From Raphidiopsis brookii D9 (GTDB taxonomy: Bacteria > Cyanobacteriota > Cyanobacteriia > Cyanobacteriales > Nostocaceae), in assembly GCA_000175855.1 (NCBI GenBank), contig ACYB01000031.1, forward strand, positions 176,237 to 208,236: DNA of 32,000 bases, written 5' to 3'. The stretch's first letter is position 1; each line of letters begins with the position of its first letter. Positions 10,505 to 19,417 of this stretch are shown piece by piece. A model generated the notes under the pieces. That model was not told the DNA's origin, did not search any database, and was given only the letters and a program-made list of their open reading frames with translations. Made by a program: the position numbers and the translations under genes.

Positions 10505-11887
10505 CTACTTAACCCAAACAGTCTTAATATTCACAAATTCATGCATACCTTGAATACTTAATTCTCGACCATATCCAGAACGTTTAATTCCCCCAAATGG
10601 CAATCGAGGGTCTGATTTAACCATGCCATTAATAAATACAGCTCCTGCTTCGATTTCTGTAATTAGTCGTTCCTGTTCTTGGGGATTATTTGTCCAAGCA
10701 CTTGCACCTAATCCGAATGGTATGTCATTAGCTAGTCTAATGGCTGCGTCTAGATCTGGAACTCGAAATAATAAAGCTACTGGACCAAAAAATTCTTCTT
10801 GAGCAATGGGATGATCTGGGGGAATATCTACAATAATAGTGGGTGGATAAAAGTTACCATGACCCTCTTTTATGGGATAACCACCTAGGAGAATTTTGCC
10901 TCCACTAGCTATGGCCATTTGCACTTGATTATCCAGGTCTTCCAAAATTTTGCTAGTTGCTAATGGTCCAATATCTGTGTCATCTGCTAAAGGATCCCCA
11001 ATTTTTAAAGTTGCAAATTTTGCCAATAGCATCTCCTCAAACCTATCAGCTATGGCTTCAGCTACAATTAACCGTTTCGCTGCTATACATGACTGACCAT
11101 TATTGATCAGTCTTGCTGTAACTGCAGTACTAACTGCTAATTCTAAATCCGCACTTTCTAACACTATGAATGGATCGCTTCCCCCTAATTCTAAAACAGT
11201 TTTTTTAATATGTTTACCAGATGCAACTGCTAAGGACACACCCGCTGGTTCACTTCCCGTTAGGGTGGCAGCCTTAATTCGATTATCTGCCATTAAGTCT
11301 CCTACTTGTATGGCTGGAATTAATAAGGTTTGAAATACTCCTTCAGGAAAACCAGCACGATTAATAATCTCTTCTATAGATAAGGCGCATTGGGGAACAT
11401 TAGATGCGTGTTTAAGTAATCCCACATTCCCGCCATCAGCGCAGGTGCAGCAAAACCGAAAAACTTGCCAAAAGGGAAAATTCCAGGGCATTACGGCTAG
11501 AATAACCCCCAATGGTTGGTATTTTACCAGACTCCGACTGGCATCGGTGCTAATATTCACATCAGCCAAGAAGTCAGGTCCATGTTCAGCATAATAACGA
11601 CAGACTAAAGCACATTTTTCTACCTCAGCGATCGCAGATTTTAGAGTTTTACCCATTTCTAAGGTAATTAATTTCCCTAGATCGGTTTTTTCTCTGTCTA
11701 GAATATTGGCAGTTTCCAATAACCAGTGCGATCGCTCTACAAAGTTTGTATAACGGTAATACTGAAAAGTCTGACTGGCTAAATGCAGTTTAGCTTCAAT
11801 TTCCTCATCTTTCAAAGGTAAAAAGACCTTGAGAATTTCCCCAGTGGTAGGATTAATGGTAGCAATAGCCACTTCCTGACCTCCCAT
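10505..11887 (-). CDS. NAD(P)-dependent succinate-semialdehyde dehydrogenase-type aldehyde dehydrogenase; small internal frame-scrambled patch
   Basis: [63 protein letters not shown] and [13 protein letters not shown]. The local sequence [17 protein letters not shown] differs from the family's [17 protein letters not shown]. ORF open to 11947; ATG at 11887 chosen. Confidence 0.88.
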   Translation of the reverse strand: [460 protein letters not shown]

Positions 11888-11910
11888 AAAAAATAGGTTT
11901 AGCATGCAAT

Positions 11911-12732
11911 CTACTTTAAATACTCTACCGGATCCTTGGCAGTCCATCCTAAATCCTCTCTAGCACGAACCTCAAAATGTAGATGGGGTTCTCTGGAACT
12001 TGGTTCACCGGTAGCACCTACAGTTCCTAAAACTTGATTAACCTTAACCTGTTGACCTAACTTCACTTTAATAGATTCTAATTGAGCATAACGAGTTTGC
12101 ATTCCACCCTGATGGTTAATAATAACTAAGTTACCATAGCTACCTTGCTCCTTGGCAAAGACCACTACACCACTAGCAGTAGCGCGGACAGGAGTGCCCA
12201 CTTCTGCTAATAAATCAATCCCACTGTGGAAAAAAACTTGATTGGTGATGGGATGAATTTGCCAACCATAGGGAAAAGACACACCAGTAGAATTAGATAC
12301 GGGGGATCCCATAATAGTGGTGATAGATGGAGCAGACCCATATATGGGTTTGATCTTGGATGAAGAGGGAACAAATACCACCCTAGGATTTTGTTGACAC
12401 CCATTCAGTTCAAATAGTGTATCTGGACGAACCCCATACTTTTTAGCTATTTGTTGCCAACCCTGACCATTTGGTACTTGCACCACCATTCCATCAAAAG
12501 GGGGAATTTGTAATTGGGTTCCCGGTATAACCTGACCATTATTGATTAAGGGATTCATCTGCAAGATAGTGGCTGGCATTAGCTTATATCTTTCCGCTAT
12601 AGTAACCAAGTTTTCACCTGGGTTAACTTGATGTTTTTTGATGCGAGATAGAGCAGGAGTTAAACAACTTTCTACAGCACTAACACTTGCCAGGTTTAGG
12701 TTTGAGGATATTAATGCCAAACCAGTGGCCAA
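11911..12732 (-). CDS. LysM-containing M23 family metallopeptidase; N-terminus/signal peptide likely disrupted by one indel
   Basis: LysM repeats (HQVNPGENLVTIAERYKLMPATILQMNP; VPNGQGWQQIAKKYGVRPDTLFELNG) and the M23 motif HSGIDLLAEVGTPVRA...REPHLHFEVR. The ORF track start at 12732 is a TTG. Confidence 0.88.
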   Translation of the reverse strand: MATGLALISSNLNLASVSAVESCLTPALSRIKKHQVNPGENLVTIAERYKLMPATILQMNPLINNGQVIPGTQLQIPPFDGMVVQVPNGQGWQQIAKKYGVRPDTLFELNGCQQNPRVVFVPSSSKIKPIYGSAPSITTIMGSPVSNSTGVSFPYGWQIHPITNQVFFHSGIDLLAEVGTPVRATASGVVVFAKEQGSYGNLVIINHQGGMQTRYAQLESIKVKLGQQVKVNQVLGTVGATGEPSSREPHLHFEVRAREDLGWTAKDPVEYLK

Positions 12733-12804
12733 GCCAAAAAAGAAAAATGGAAGGACAGGGAAAATTCATGTCAAGTCCAAAAATTGCCGACTACATTTTA
12801 ACCA

Positions 12805-13578
12805 TTATCTATATCTATTAGCTAGCCAATTTATCACACCCTCCACATCTTTTACCTGTTCTCCAGGTGGTAAAGGTGGACGTCTTACCATTAGCACTGG
12901 TATACCCATCTCCCTTGCTGCTATGATTTTAGGGTAGGTGGCATTCCCCCCACTGTTTTTACTCACCATCACATCTATATCATATTGGGTGAAAATTTCT
13001 CTTTCACCTCTCAAATCAAAGGGTCCCCTCTTAAATAATATCTCTCCCCAAGGGACTTTACTATCTACTGCAGGAGGATCAATCATTCGCATTAAAAACC
13101 ATATTTTCTCTAGGTGGGCAAAAGCTTCTATTTCCTGTCTACCTATGGTTAAAAAAACTCTTTTGATTTGGTTTTTAAAAACTTGTTCTTGGCCACTCAC
13201 ACCCTGCTTATGCAAAATCGCCGCCGCTTCCCTATTATTCTCTACTTCAATCCAATTATCCCCTGGTTCTTTTTCCCAACCCGGACGATGAAATAATAAT
13301 CGGGGAATTCCTACCTCTCTAGCTGCTGCATCCGCATTCCAAGATATGCTATCCGCAAACGGATGGGTCGCATCAATTAAAATATCAATTTTTTCTTCCC
13401 GTAAATATTCTACTAACCCAGGTACACCCCCAAAACCGCCAATTCGCACGTTAAGGGGCATAACCGGATTCTTGGTTCGACCCGCCCACGATGCGATCGC
13501 GTGTATTTTCGGAATCTGATTTATTTTGTTAGTGATTTCTATGGCATCACTGGTACCACCAAGAATTAAAACGCGCAT
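12805..13578 (-). CDS. cobK: Cobalt-precorrin-6A/precorrin-6A reductase
   Basis: MRVLILGGTSDAIEI, DATHPFADSISWNADAA, SGQEQVFKNQ and TKNSGG-like VSKNSGGNATYPKIIAAREMGIPVLMVRRPPLP. ATG at 13578 is preferred over the 13620 extension. Confidence 0.88.
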   Translation of the reverse strand: MRVLILGGTSDAIEITNKINQIPKIHAIASWAGRTKNPVMPLNVRIGGFGGVPGLVEYLREEKIDILIDATHPFADSISWNADAAAREVGIPRLLFHRPGWEKEPGDNWIEVENNREAAAILHKQGVSGQEQVFKNQIKRVFLTIGRQEIEAFAHLEKIWFLMRMIDPPAVDSKVPWGEILFKRGPFDLRGEREIFTQYDIDVMVSKNSGGNATYPKIIAAREMGIPVLMVRRPPLPPGEQVKDVEGVINWLANRYR

Positions 13579-13583
13579 TATAG

Positions 13584-15653
13584 TTATGGACAACGAGAAT
13601 GAATTCCACCATTGGTGCAAATGAAGGCCAATTGTTGAACATCTAGGTTTTTAGCATTGCTAAAATCTACATCCTGAACAATAGCTGCTTGGGATCCAAG
13701 ATCCGAGGTTTCCACAAATCTATCTCTAGGATCCTGTTTACCAGGAAATAAGATCGCTCCCTGAAAATCCGTACCTTCCAAATTTGCCCCTCTTAAATCA
13801 GCACGACTAATATCAGCATTGCGTAGATTAGCATTAGTCATGTTAGCAGAACGCAAAATAGCACCCGATAGATTAGCGGCACTGAAATTAGCACTGTTTA
13901 AGTTCGCATGATTTAAATAAGATTCGGAGAGATCTGCACCTTGCCAATTAGTTTTAGTTAAGTTGCTATGGGAAAGTTGGGATCCTATGGCAGAAACCCG
14001 AGCCAATTGGGCAGCATATAAATCAGCTTCTTGTAGTTGTGCACCGCTAATATCTGCCCCAGTCAGAATGGCATCTTGCAAAATTGCTTGTTGTAGATCC
14101 GAACCTACAAGTTGGGCCCTGCTGAGGTTCGCACCTATCAACTTACTATTTGCTAAGTTTGCCCTGTTTAACACAGAAAAACTTAAGTCCACACGACTCA
14201 TTAAAACTCGACTGAGATTGGCACTAGATAGATTTGATCCTTTTAGTTGAGCTTTACTCAAGTCAGCTATAATATCATCGTAGGTGTCCCAACGACCATC
14301 TTCTCCCACACTGCGAAAACGACTACTTTTAAAACTAGCTTGGTTAAGATTGGCAGATTTGAGTATAACTCCAGATAAATCTACATTCTCTAGCACTAAT
14401 TGAGATTGAGAATTTTGTTTGGCATTTTGCGAACTTAATTGAATTCCCGTTAAATCCAAGTTGTGAATTTTGCCACTATAAACTGTTAGTATTTTGTTAA
14501 TGGTTTGTTGGTTGATGTTTAACAGTTTTTCCCCCACACTATCAGAAATGGCACCAGATTTGATTTGTTTGCCAATGAACTGATTGACCCGTTTTAGTTC
14601 CGGTAGAGATGTGATTCCTATATTGGATAATGCCTGCTGGATAGTATTCAATATTCTGGGATCGGTTTCTTTAGTCAGTAAATCTACTAAATACCTGATT
14701 GACTGGAGATCATTAACTCCACCCATGGCAAGAATTGCCCGTTGGCGCTTCTCAATACTAGTATTAGACTGGGGGTTAATTTGTTGGCTTAGTTCTAAGA
14801 ATTTTTGACTGTTGACCAGCTGGATTTGTCTTTGATTGGCCTGGTTTTGAATATATATTTGTGTACCCACCAGAGTTGACAATAGAGCTATCATACCCGT
14901 TGCACCAGCTAAAATCAAAGTCAGATTGGGAGGAAACTTACATATAAAATTGAGGATGGGGTGAGATTGGGAGCTTTCTGGTGGTTGTTCACTGGGTATT
15001 TCCACTGCTGTTGTGACTGGGTTTTCGTTAATATTTACAGTGTATGTACCAGCTAACTGATCATGGATAGCTCGAGAGTTTCTGGGAGAATTAATACCCA
15101 TACCTTCTGCTATTACCATTACTAGAACCAAAAATGTAAATAGTTCCAGGTTAGGAAAGGCAAAACTATAACGCCACAATACATAAGCCATACTCACTGG
15201 AGCACCCCAACGCCCTATTCCCTCACGAATGATAATGGCTTTAAAACCGGGGGGTTTTCCTTCTATGTTAACCGTCTTGATTCCTAACTTCTTCTTGACA
15301 AGCGTACTACCTGTTGTGGCTAATAAGTATAGCTGCCAACCTACAAGAGTAATAGGTGTTAACAGACCTATGGTCCATAAAAAGTTGGTGGGACTGGCCA
15401 CATTGCGAATACCATAATTCACTGGTAGGGCTAATGGCTGTGCGATTGCTCTTTCTATTCCCGCTAAAACTGGATTTAAAGGTGTTCTTTGTAAATCGGT
15501 TTGGGAATTAATATAAGCCCCAATACTAAAGGGAATAACCCCAGTTGCAGTAACTAAGGTTATTTCTCCTAACCAAGCGAGCAAGCGTCTTGCTGGTAGG
15601 GGTAGGGATTTGGTTTTTGGTGGTTGGGGAAACGGACTAGATTGATTATCCAT
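13584..15653 (-). CDS. RDD-family membrane domain fused to C-terminal pentapeptide repeats
   Basis: 689 aa; N-terminal RRLLAWLGEITLVTATG...GSTLVKKKLGIKTVN and a TM region, central region RYLVDLLTKETDPRILNTIQQALSNIG, then many A(D/N)LSxAxLxxA pentapeptides to the C-terminus. Confidence 0.85.
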   Translation of the reverse strand: MDNQSSPFPQPPKTKSLPLPARRLLAWLGEITLVTATGVIPFSIGAYINSQTDLQRTPLNPVLAGIERAIAQPLALPVNYGIRNVASPTNFLWTIGLLTPITLVGWQLYLLATTGSTLVKKKLGIKTVNIEGKPPGFKAIIIREGIGRWGAPVSMAYVLWRYSFAFPNLELFTFLVLVMVIAEGMGINSPRNSRAIHDQLAGTYTVNINENPVTTAVEIPSEQPPESSQSHPILNFICKFPPNLTLILAGATGMIALLSTLVGTQIYIQNQANQRQIQLVNSQKFLELSQQINPQSNTSIEKRQRAILAMGGVNDLQSIRYLVDLLTKETDPRILNTIQQALSNIGITSLPELKRVNQFIGKQIKSGAISDSVGEKLLNINQQTINKILTVYSGKIHNLDLTGIQLSSQNAKQNSQSQLVLENVDLSGVILKSANLNQASFKSSRFRSVGEDGRWDTYDDIIADLSKAQLKGSNLSSANLSRVLMSRVDLSFSVLNRANLANSKLIGANLSRAQLVGSDLQQAILQDAILTGADISGAQLQEADLYAAQLARVSAIGSQLSHSNLTKTNWQGADLSESYLNHANLNSANFSAANLSGAILRSANMTNANLRNADISRADLRGANLEGTDFQGAILFPGKQDPRDRFVETSDLGSQAAIVQDVDFSNAKNLDVQQLAFICTNGGIHSRCP

Positions 15654-15703
15654 TGACGAATTCGTATATAGTTGAACTATAAACTATACTTGAAGTAAAT
15701 AGG

Positions 15704-16039
15704 TTAAGGCTTGTTGAATAAGTTTTTGTTAAGTAAAAACCTATAACCAAGGTATACTAACACCCCCAGCACTGCCAGACTGATAATGGAAATTAACAGT
15801 CTAAATACTGTTTGTAAGGTCAGAAAACATAATATGATGGTAATGGTAGCAACGGCGACCTTTTTCACAGTGGACAAACCTTGAAACCAAGTTTGGTATT
15901 GATTCCAATAGTTGTTTATCTGATTAGTAGTGTTTTGACGCAGTTGTGAGCCTTGTAGTTGATCAGAGTAAAATGAATTAATTCCCGATTTTAACTCTTG
16001 GATGCGACGTTTCCATTCTTCTTGTGGTTGAGAATTCAT
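15704..16039 (-). CDS. Hypothetical small membrane protein, 111 aa
   Basis: Hydrophilic N-terminus, then a hydrophobic stretch VAVATITIILCFLTLQTVFRLLISIISLAVLGVLVYLGY. Confidence 0.65.
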   Translation of the reverse strand: MNSQPQEEWKRRIQELKSGINSFYSDQLQGSQLRQNTTNQINNYWNQYQTWFQGLSTVKKVAVATITIILCFLTLQTVFRLLISIISLAVLGVLVYLGYRFLLNKNLFNKP

Positions 16040-16242
16040 GATGTTTTACCACCGCCCTGTAAATTTACATGTACATATAAATCTACAATTGACTAAGGTA
16101 GAAGGTCAACCGGATCTCACCCACAATCAGGATAGTTCAATTAATAATGTACCTAAGACAGTAAAACTGGGAACAAAACTTGAGTGGTTTGGTCAAATTA
16201 AGCAAAGTTTCTATCCAAGTGTTCACAGATGCACAGGTGAAA

Positions 16243-16692
16243 ATGAAAACACTAAAATTAATAGCCTTTCTTACTGTTAACCTCCTCATAGGTTTGCCAT
16301 TGAACCAGGTCGTGGTAGCACAACAGGGAGTTATCGAGATTAAACGGGAATTTTCCCCAGATCCATTAGTTATTAGTGGTAACTCCCTAGCAAAAGTTCA
16401 AAAGGACTGTGGTCTTCTTCCGAGTCAACCCAATCAAATTATTGTGGTCCAAGAATCCATACCCTATATGAGACTAACATTGGAAGGGGAAGGAAAAGCC
16501 ACATTACTAGTTGACGGTCCAGGTGGACGTTTCTGTATGTTACCAGACAACTATGGAAATCAACCAGAAATGATTGGATTTTGGTCCCCTGGAGAGTACA
16601 AGGTATATGTGGGAAATCTATCTCCAGGAACATACGTTTATAAGGTTCATCTTTCTCGATTCAAGAACTCCAAAACTCTCAACCGCTTCTAA
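16243..16692 (+). CDS. Hypothetical secreted/periplasmic protein
   Basis: MKTLKLIAFLTVNLLIGLPLNQVVVAQQG looks like a Sec signal peptide; mature part ...LTLEGEGKATLLVDGPGGRFCMLPDN...WSPGEYKVYVGNLSPGTYVYKVHLS. The ORF track start at 16180 is likely too early. Confidence 0.7.
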   Translation: MKTLKLIAFLTVNLLIGLPLNQVVVAQQGVIEIKREFSPDPLVISGNSLAKVQKDCGLLPSQPNQIIVVQESIPYMRLTLEGEGKATLLVDGPGGRFCMLPDNYGNQPEMIGFWSPGEYKVYVGNLSPGTYVYKVHLSRFKNSKTLNRF

Positions 16693-16786
16693 AAAGTTGG
16701 AAAAAGCCTCCCAAACTTCAGTAAGATAGGTAAGATGGGAGGAATCTCCAATTCAATAGTGTTTCACTAAGATTAGAAAGACTAAC

Positions 16787-19360
16787 ATGGAACTAGACAA
16801 ATTAACCAGGTTTAGAGACTACGGTGAATTTATCCTTCGTAAAATTGACTCTGTACCCCTCCATCTGTCTGAGCAGGAAGATTGGATTCCCTCCCGTTTA
16901 GATGAGTGTTTGCTCCAGTTACGAGGTGCTGCTGAAAAAACAGTGGAAATGGCTAACTCTCCCGTAAAAATTGGTGTAATGGGTGAGTTTAGCAGTGGCA
17001 AAAGTTTGTTGTTAGGTAGTTTAATTGGTTATGCAGATGCTCTACCAGTTAGTGAAAATCCTACGACGGGAAATGTCACTGCTATTCACATTCAACTACA
17101 GGAGAATTTTAGTACTACTCAAGTAACTAGTTATAGTGTTGAGTATTTATCCCATGAGGGTGTGAATGAATGTTTACATTTTATGTTATCGGAAGCTAAT
17201 CGCCGTGCGGTTGCTGCTGGGTTACCACCTTTACAGGTTGGTAAAATTAAAACTGGTAAGGATATTTCTTCCTGGTGTGAAGAAGCTTGGCAAAGCTCTA
17301 ATAATTTGGAACTACGCTATTTATTACGAGAGTTAGTATTATTTTTACGTTCTTATCAAGCTTATGGTGAATCTCTATGCGATAAAACCTATAGTATTGA
17401 TGCCAAAACTGCCAAAAATGGTTTACAGTTAGTTGAATTGCCCATGGCAATTCAAACATTACGATTTGAGGATTTACCTCCAGCTCATACTCGATTGCCC
17501 AAAGCGCCACAAATTCTGCCATCCCAATTATTACAAAATAGTTTTCCCTTGATTCGGAGAGTGGATATTCATGTGAAAATATCTAGGGAAATTTGGGACT
17601 TGACCGGAGCAGAAGAATTTGTTTTGTTGGATTTTCCTGGGTTGGGTGCGGCCAATTCCGGTGCTAGAGATACTTTTCTTTCTTTACGAGAATTGGCTCA
17701 GGTACAAACTATTTTGGTGCTATTAAATGGCAAATCCCCAGGGAGCGATCGCGCTAATAAGATATTTACAATGATGCAGCAGCAGCGACCGGGTCAAGAT
17801 TTAAAGGATTTAATTTTGGTGGGGGTAGGACGTTTCGATCAATTGCCTTTAGAGAGTGAAGGGGGGGAAAGAATTTTAGACAGTCTAATTGCTGAGGAAT
17901 ACCATGGCAAACCCTTAGAAACTGAAGTGGTTTTAGAAAATTTAAAAATTTTGGAAACTATTATTGATGGTGGAAGAGCGTTTACCAGTGAAGATGACAG
18001 AATTGTTCTATTATCACCATTGTTGGGGTTAGCGGAATTATCCAAACGTTCAACTAAGGTGAAAGCTGGTTCGGATGAATTTTTGGCAAATATAGATTAT
18101 CCCGATTATTTAGAACGACCGAAAAAATTACAAGAAAAATGGGGAAGGTTAAGTCAAAAATTATTAAGCCATGATTCCCGTAGTATTTTGGGTAGACAAT
18201 TGGATTATTTTGCTCAGGATGGAAGTGTAAGCAAGTTAAGGGAATTGATTCAAAATCATGTGAATACCCATGGTTTAAAACAGTTATATGAAGATACTCG
18301 CAGATCGGCGGATCTGATTCGTCAACAACAGGAAAAATTAAAAGATATTTTGGCTGAAATTCATGCCCAAGGCATACCTGCTGCTGATAGTCAAGACCTA
18401 GTTGATTTGCGGTTGTCCATTGAGAGTTTGGATAAAATCTACCGCAATTTTCGTAGGGATTTGGGTAAGGAACCTCTAAAAGATAGACGTGGTTTAGTAG
18501 TTAGTAGTATTATCAAAGATGAACTAACTTATCAAATTCTCAATTGGAATCAGTGGACTTTGTTATTTAATAAATTGCAAGGTGGTAGAATTGCCTTGGT
18601 AGAATCGAAAGGTGCAGCAGGGAAACTATTTGATCGTCCGGATCGTGGGAGCAAAAGTAATAACACGTTGCCTACAAAAAGTGATGATTTCTATCCCGTT
18701 TTTTCCCAAACCATTAAAGATGTGGAAAAATTTGCCAGAGATTGTATTAGGCAAGCTGTAATAGATTTATTGGTCAAATTAACTAATACCATCAATCTGG
18801 AATCAGAATTGGGATCAGAAAAATTAGCGCTCAATCCCGAACTGGAAGAATTGATGGAGGATAGGTTTGGAGCAGAAGCAGCAGACCTATTCTATAGACT
18901 GTTGTTAGCATCAAAACCAAATCAATGGAAGGAGGCAATTATTGAGGAAATAGAGAACCAAGATAAACCCATAATACCGGAAAATATATTTCCCCTGGCC
19001 AAACAGAATGAGAAGCATGATACAGGACAAGTATTTGATTGGTCCGTGGAAAGAAGTAAATATTTGTCTAGTAGTACAAATCACCAAGTTTTTATTTTAC
19101 GATTAAGAGATGAAATTATCACTAGTGCTAGTTTACATCTGGTTCAATATGTGAGTGAAGTAAACCGACAAATAAATTTGGAGTTGGAGGGAATCCTAGA
19201 TCAAATTATCCCCAGTTTGCAAAACTTATTGAAAAAAGAAGAACTACTTAGATATATTGCTGCTGGAGACACAAGCCTAGAATTGACCATACCTACCTGG
19301 TTAGAAATTCTCAGCGATATTGCGTCTATTGACCAGCAACATATCTATGATTACAACTAG
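16787..19360 (+). CDS. Large dynamin-like GTPase (857 aa)
   Basis: G1 GEFSSGKS, G2 NPTTGNVTAI, G3 LLDFPGLG, G4-position LVGVGRFD; long helical C-terminus typical of bacterial dynamin-like proteins. Confidence 0.82.
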   Translation: MELDKLTRFRDYGEFILRKIDSVPLHLSEQEDWIPSRLDECLLQLRGAAEKTVEMANSPVKIGVMGEFSSGKSLLLGSLIGYADALPVSENPTTGNVTAIHIQLQENFSTTQVTSYSVEYLSHEGVNECLHFMLSEANRRAVAAGLPPLQVGKIKTGKDISSWCEEAWQSSNNLELRYLLRELVLFLRSYQAYGESLCDKTYSIDAKTAKNGLQLVELPMAIQTLRFEDLPPAHTRLPKAPQILPSQLLQNSFPLIRRVDIHVKISREIWDLTGAEEFVLLDFPGLGAANSGARDTFLSLRELAQVQTILVLLNGKSPGSDRANKIFTMMQQQRPGQDLKDLILVGVGRFDQLPLESEGGERILDSLIAEEYHGKPLETEVVLENLKILETIIDGGRAFTSEDDRIVLLSPLLGLAELSKRSTKVKAGSDEFLANIDYPDYLERPKKLQEKWGRLSQKLLSHDSRSILGRQLDYFAQDGSVSKLRELIQNHVNTHGLKQLYEDTRRSADLIRQQQEKLKDILAEIHAQGIPAADSQDLVDLRLSIESLDKIYRNFRRDLGKEPLKDRRGLVVSSIIKDELTYQILNWNQWTLLFNKLQGGRIALVESKGAAGKLFDRPDRGSKSNNTLPTKSDDFYPVFSQTIKDVEKFARDCIRQAVIDLLVKLTNTINLESELGSEKLALNPELEELMEDRFGAEAADLFYRLLLASKPNQWKEAIIEEIENQDKPIIPENIFPLAKQNEKHDTGQVFDWSVERSKYLSSSTNHQVFILRLRDEIITSASLHLVQYVSEVNRQINLELEGILDQIIPSLQNLLKKEELLRYIAAGDTSLELTIPTWLEILSDIASIDQQHIYDYN

Positions 19361-19417
19361 AGTAACTCTACCCGTAGTAAAATTTAGAATATACAAAAAA
19401 TCAATAACAGATAAACT

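Noticed and set aside
16038-16280. 80-aa plus-strand ORF overlapping the secreted-protein gene
   Set aside because: The out-of-frame overlapping ORF at 16243 has a clear signal peptide and explains the region better.
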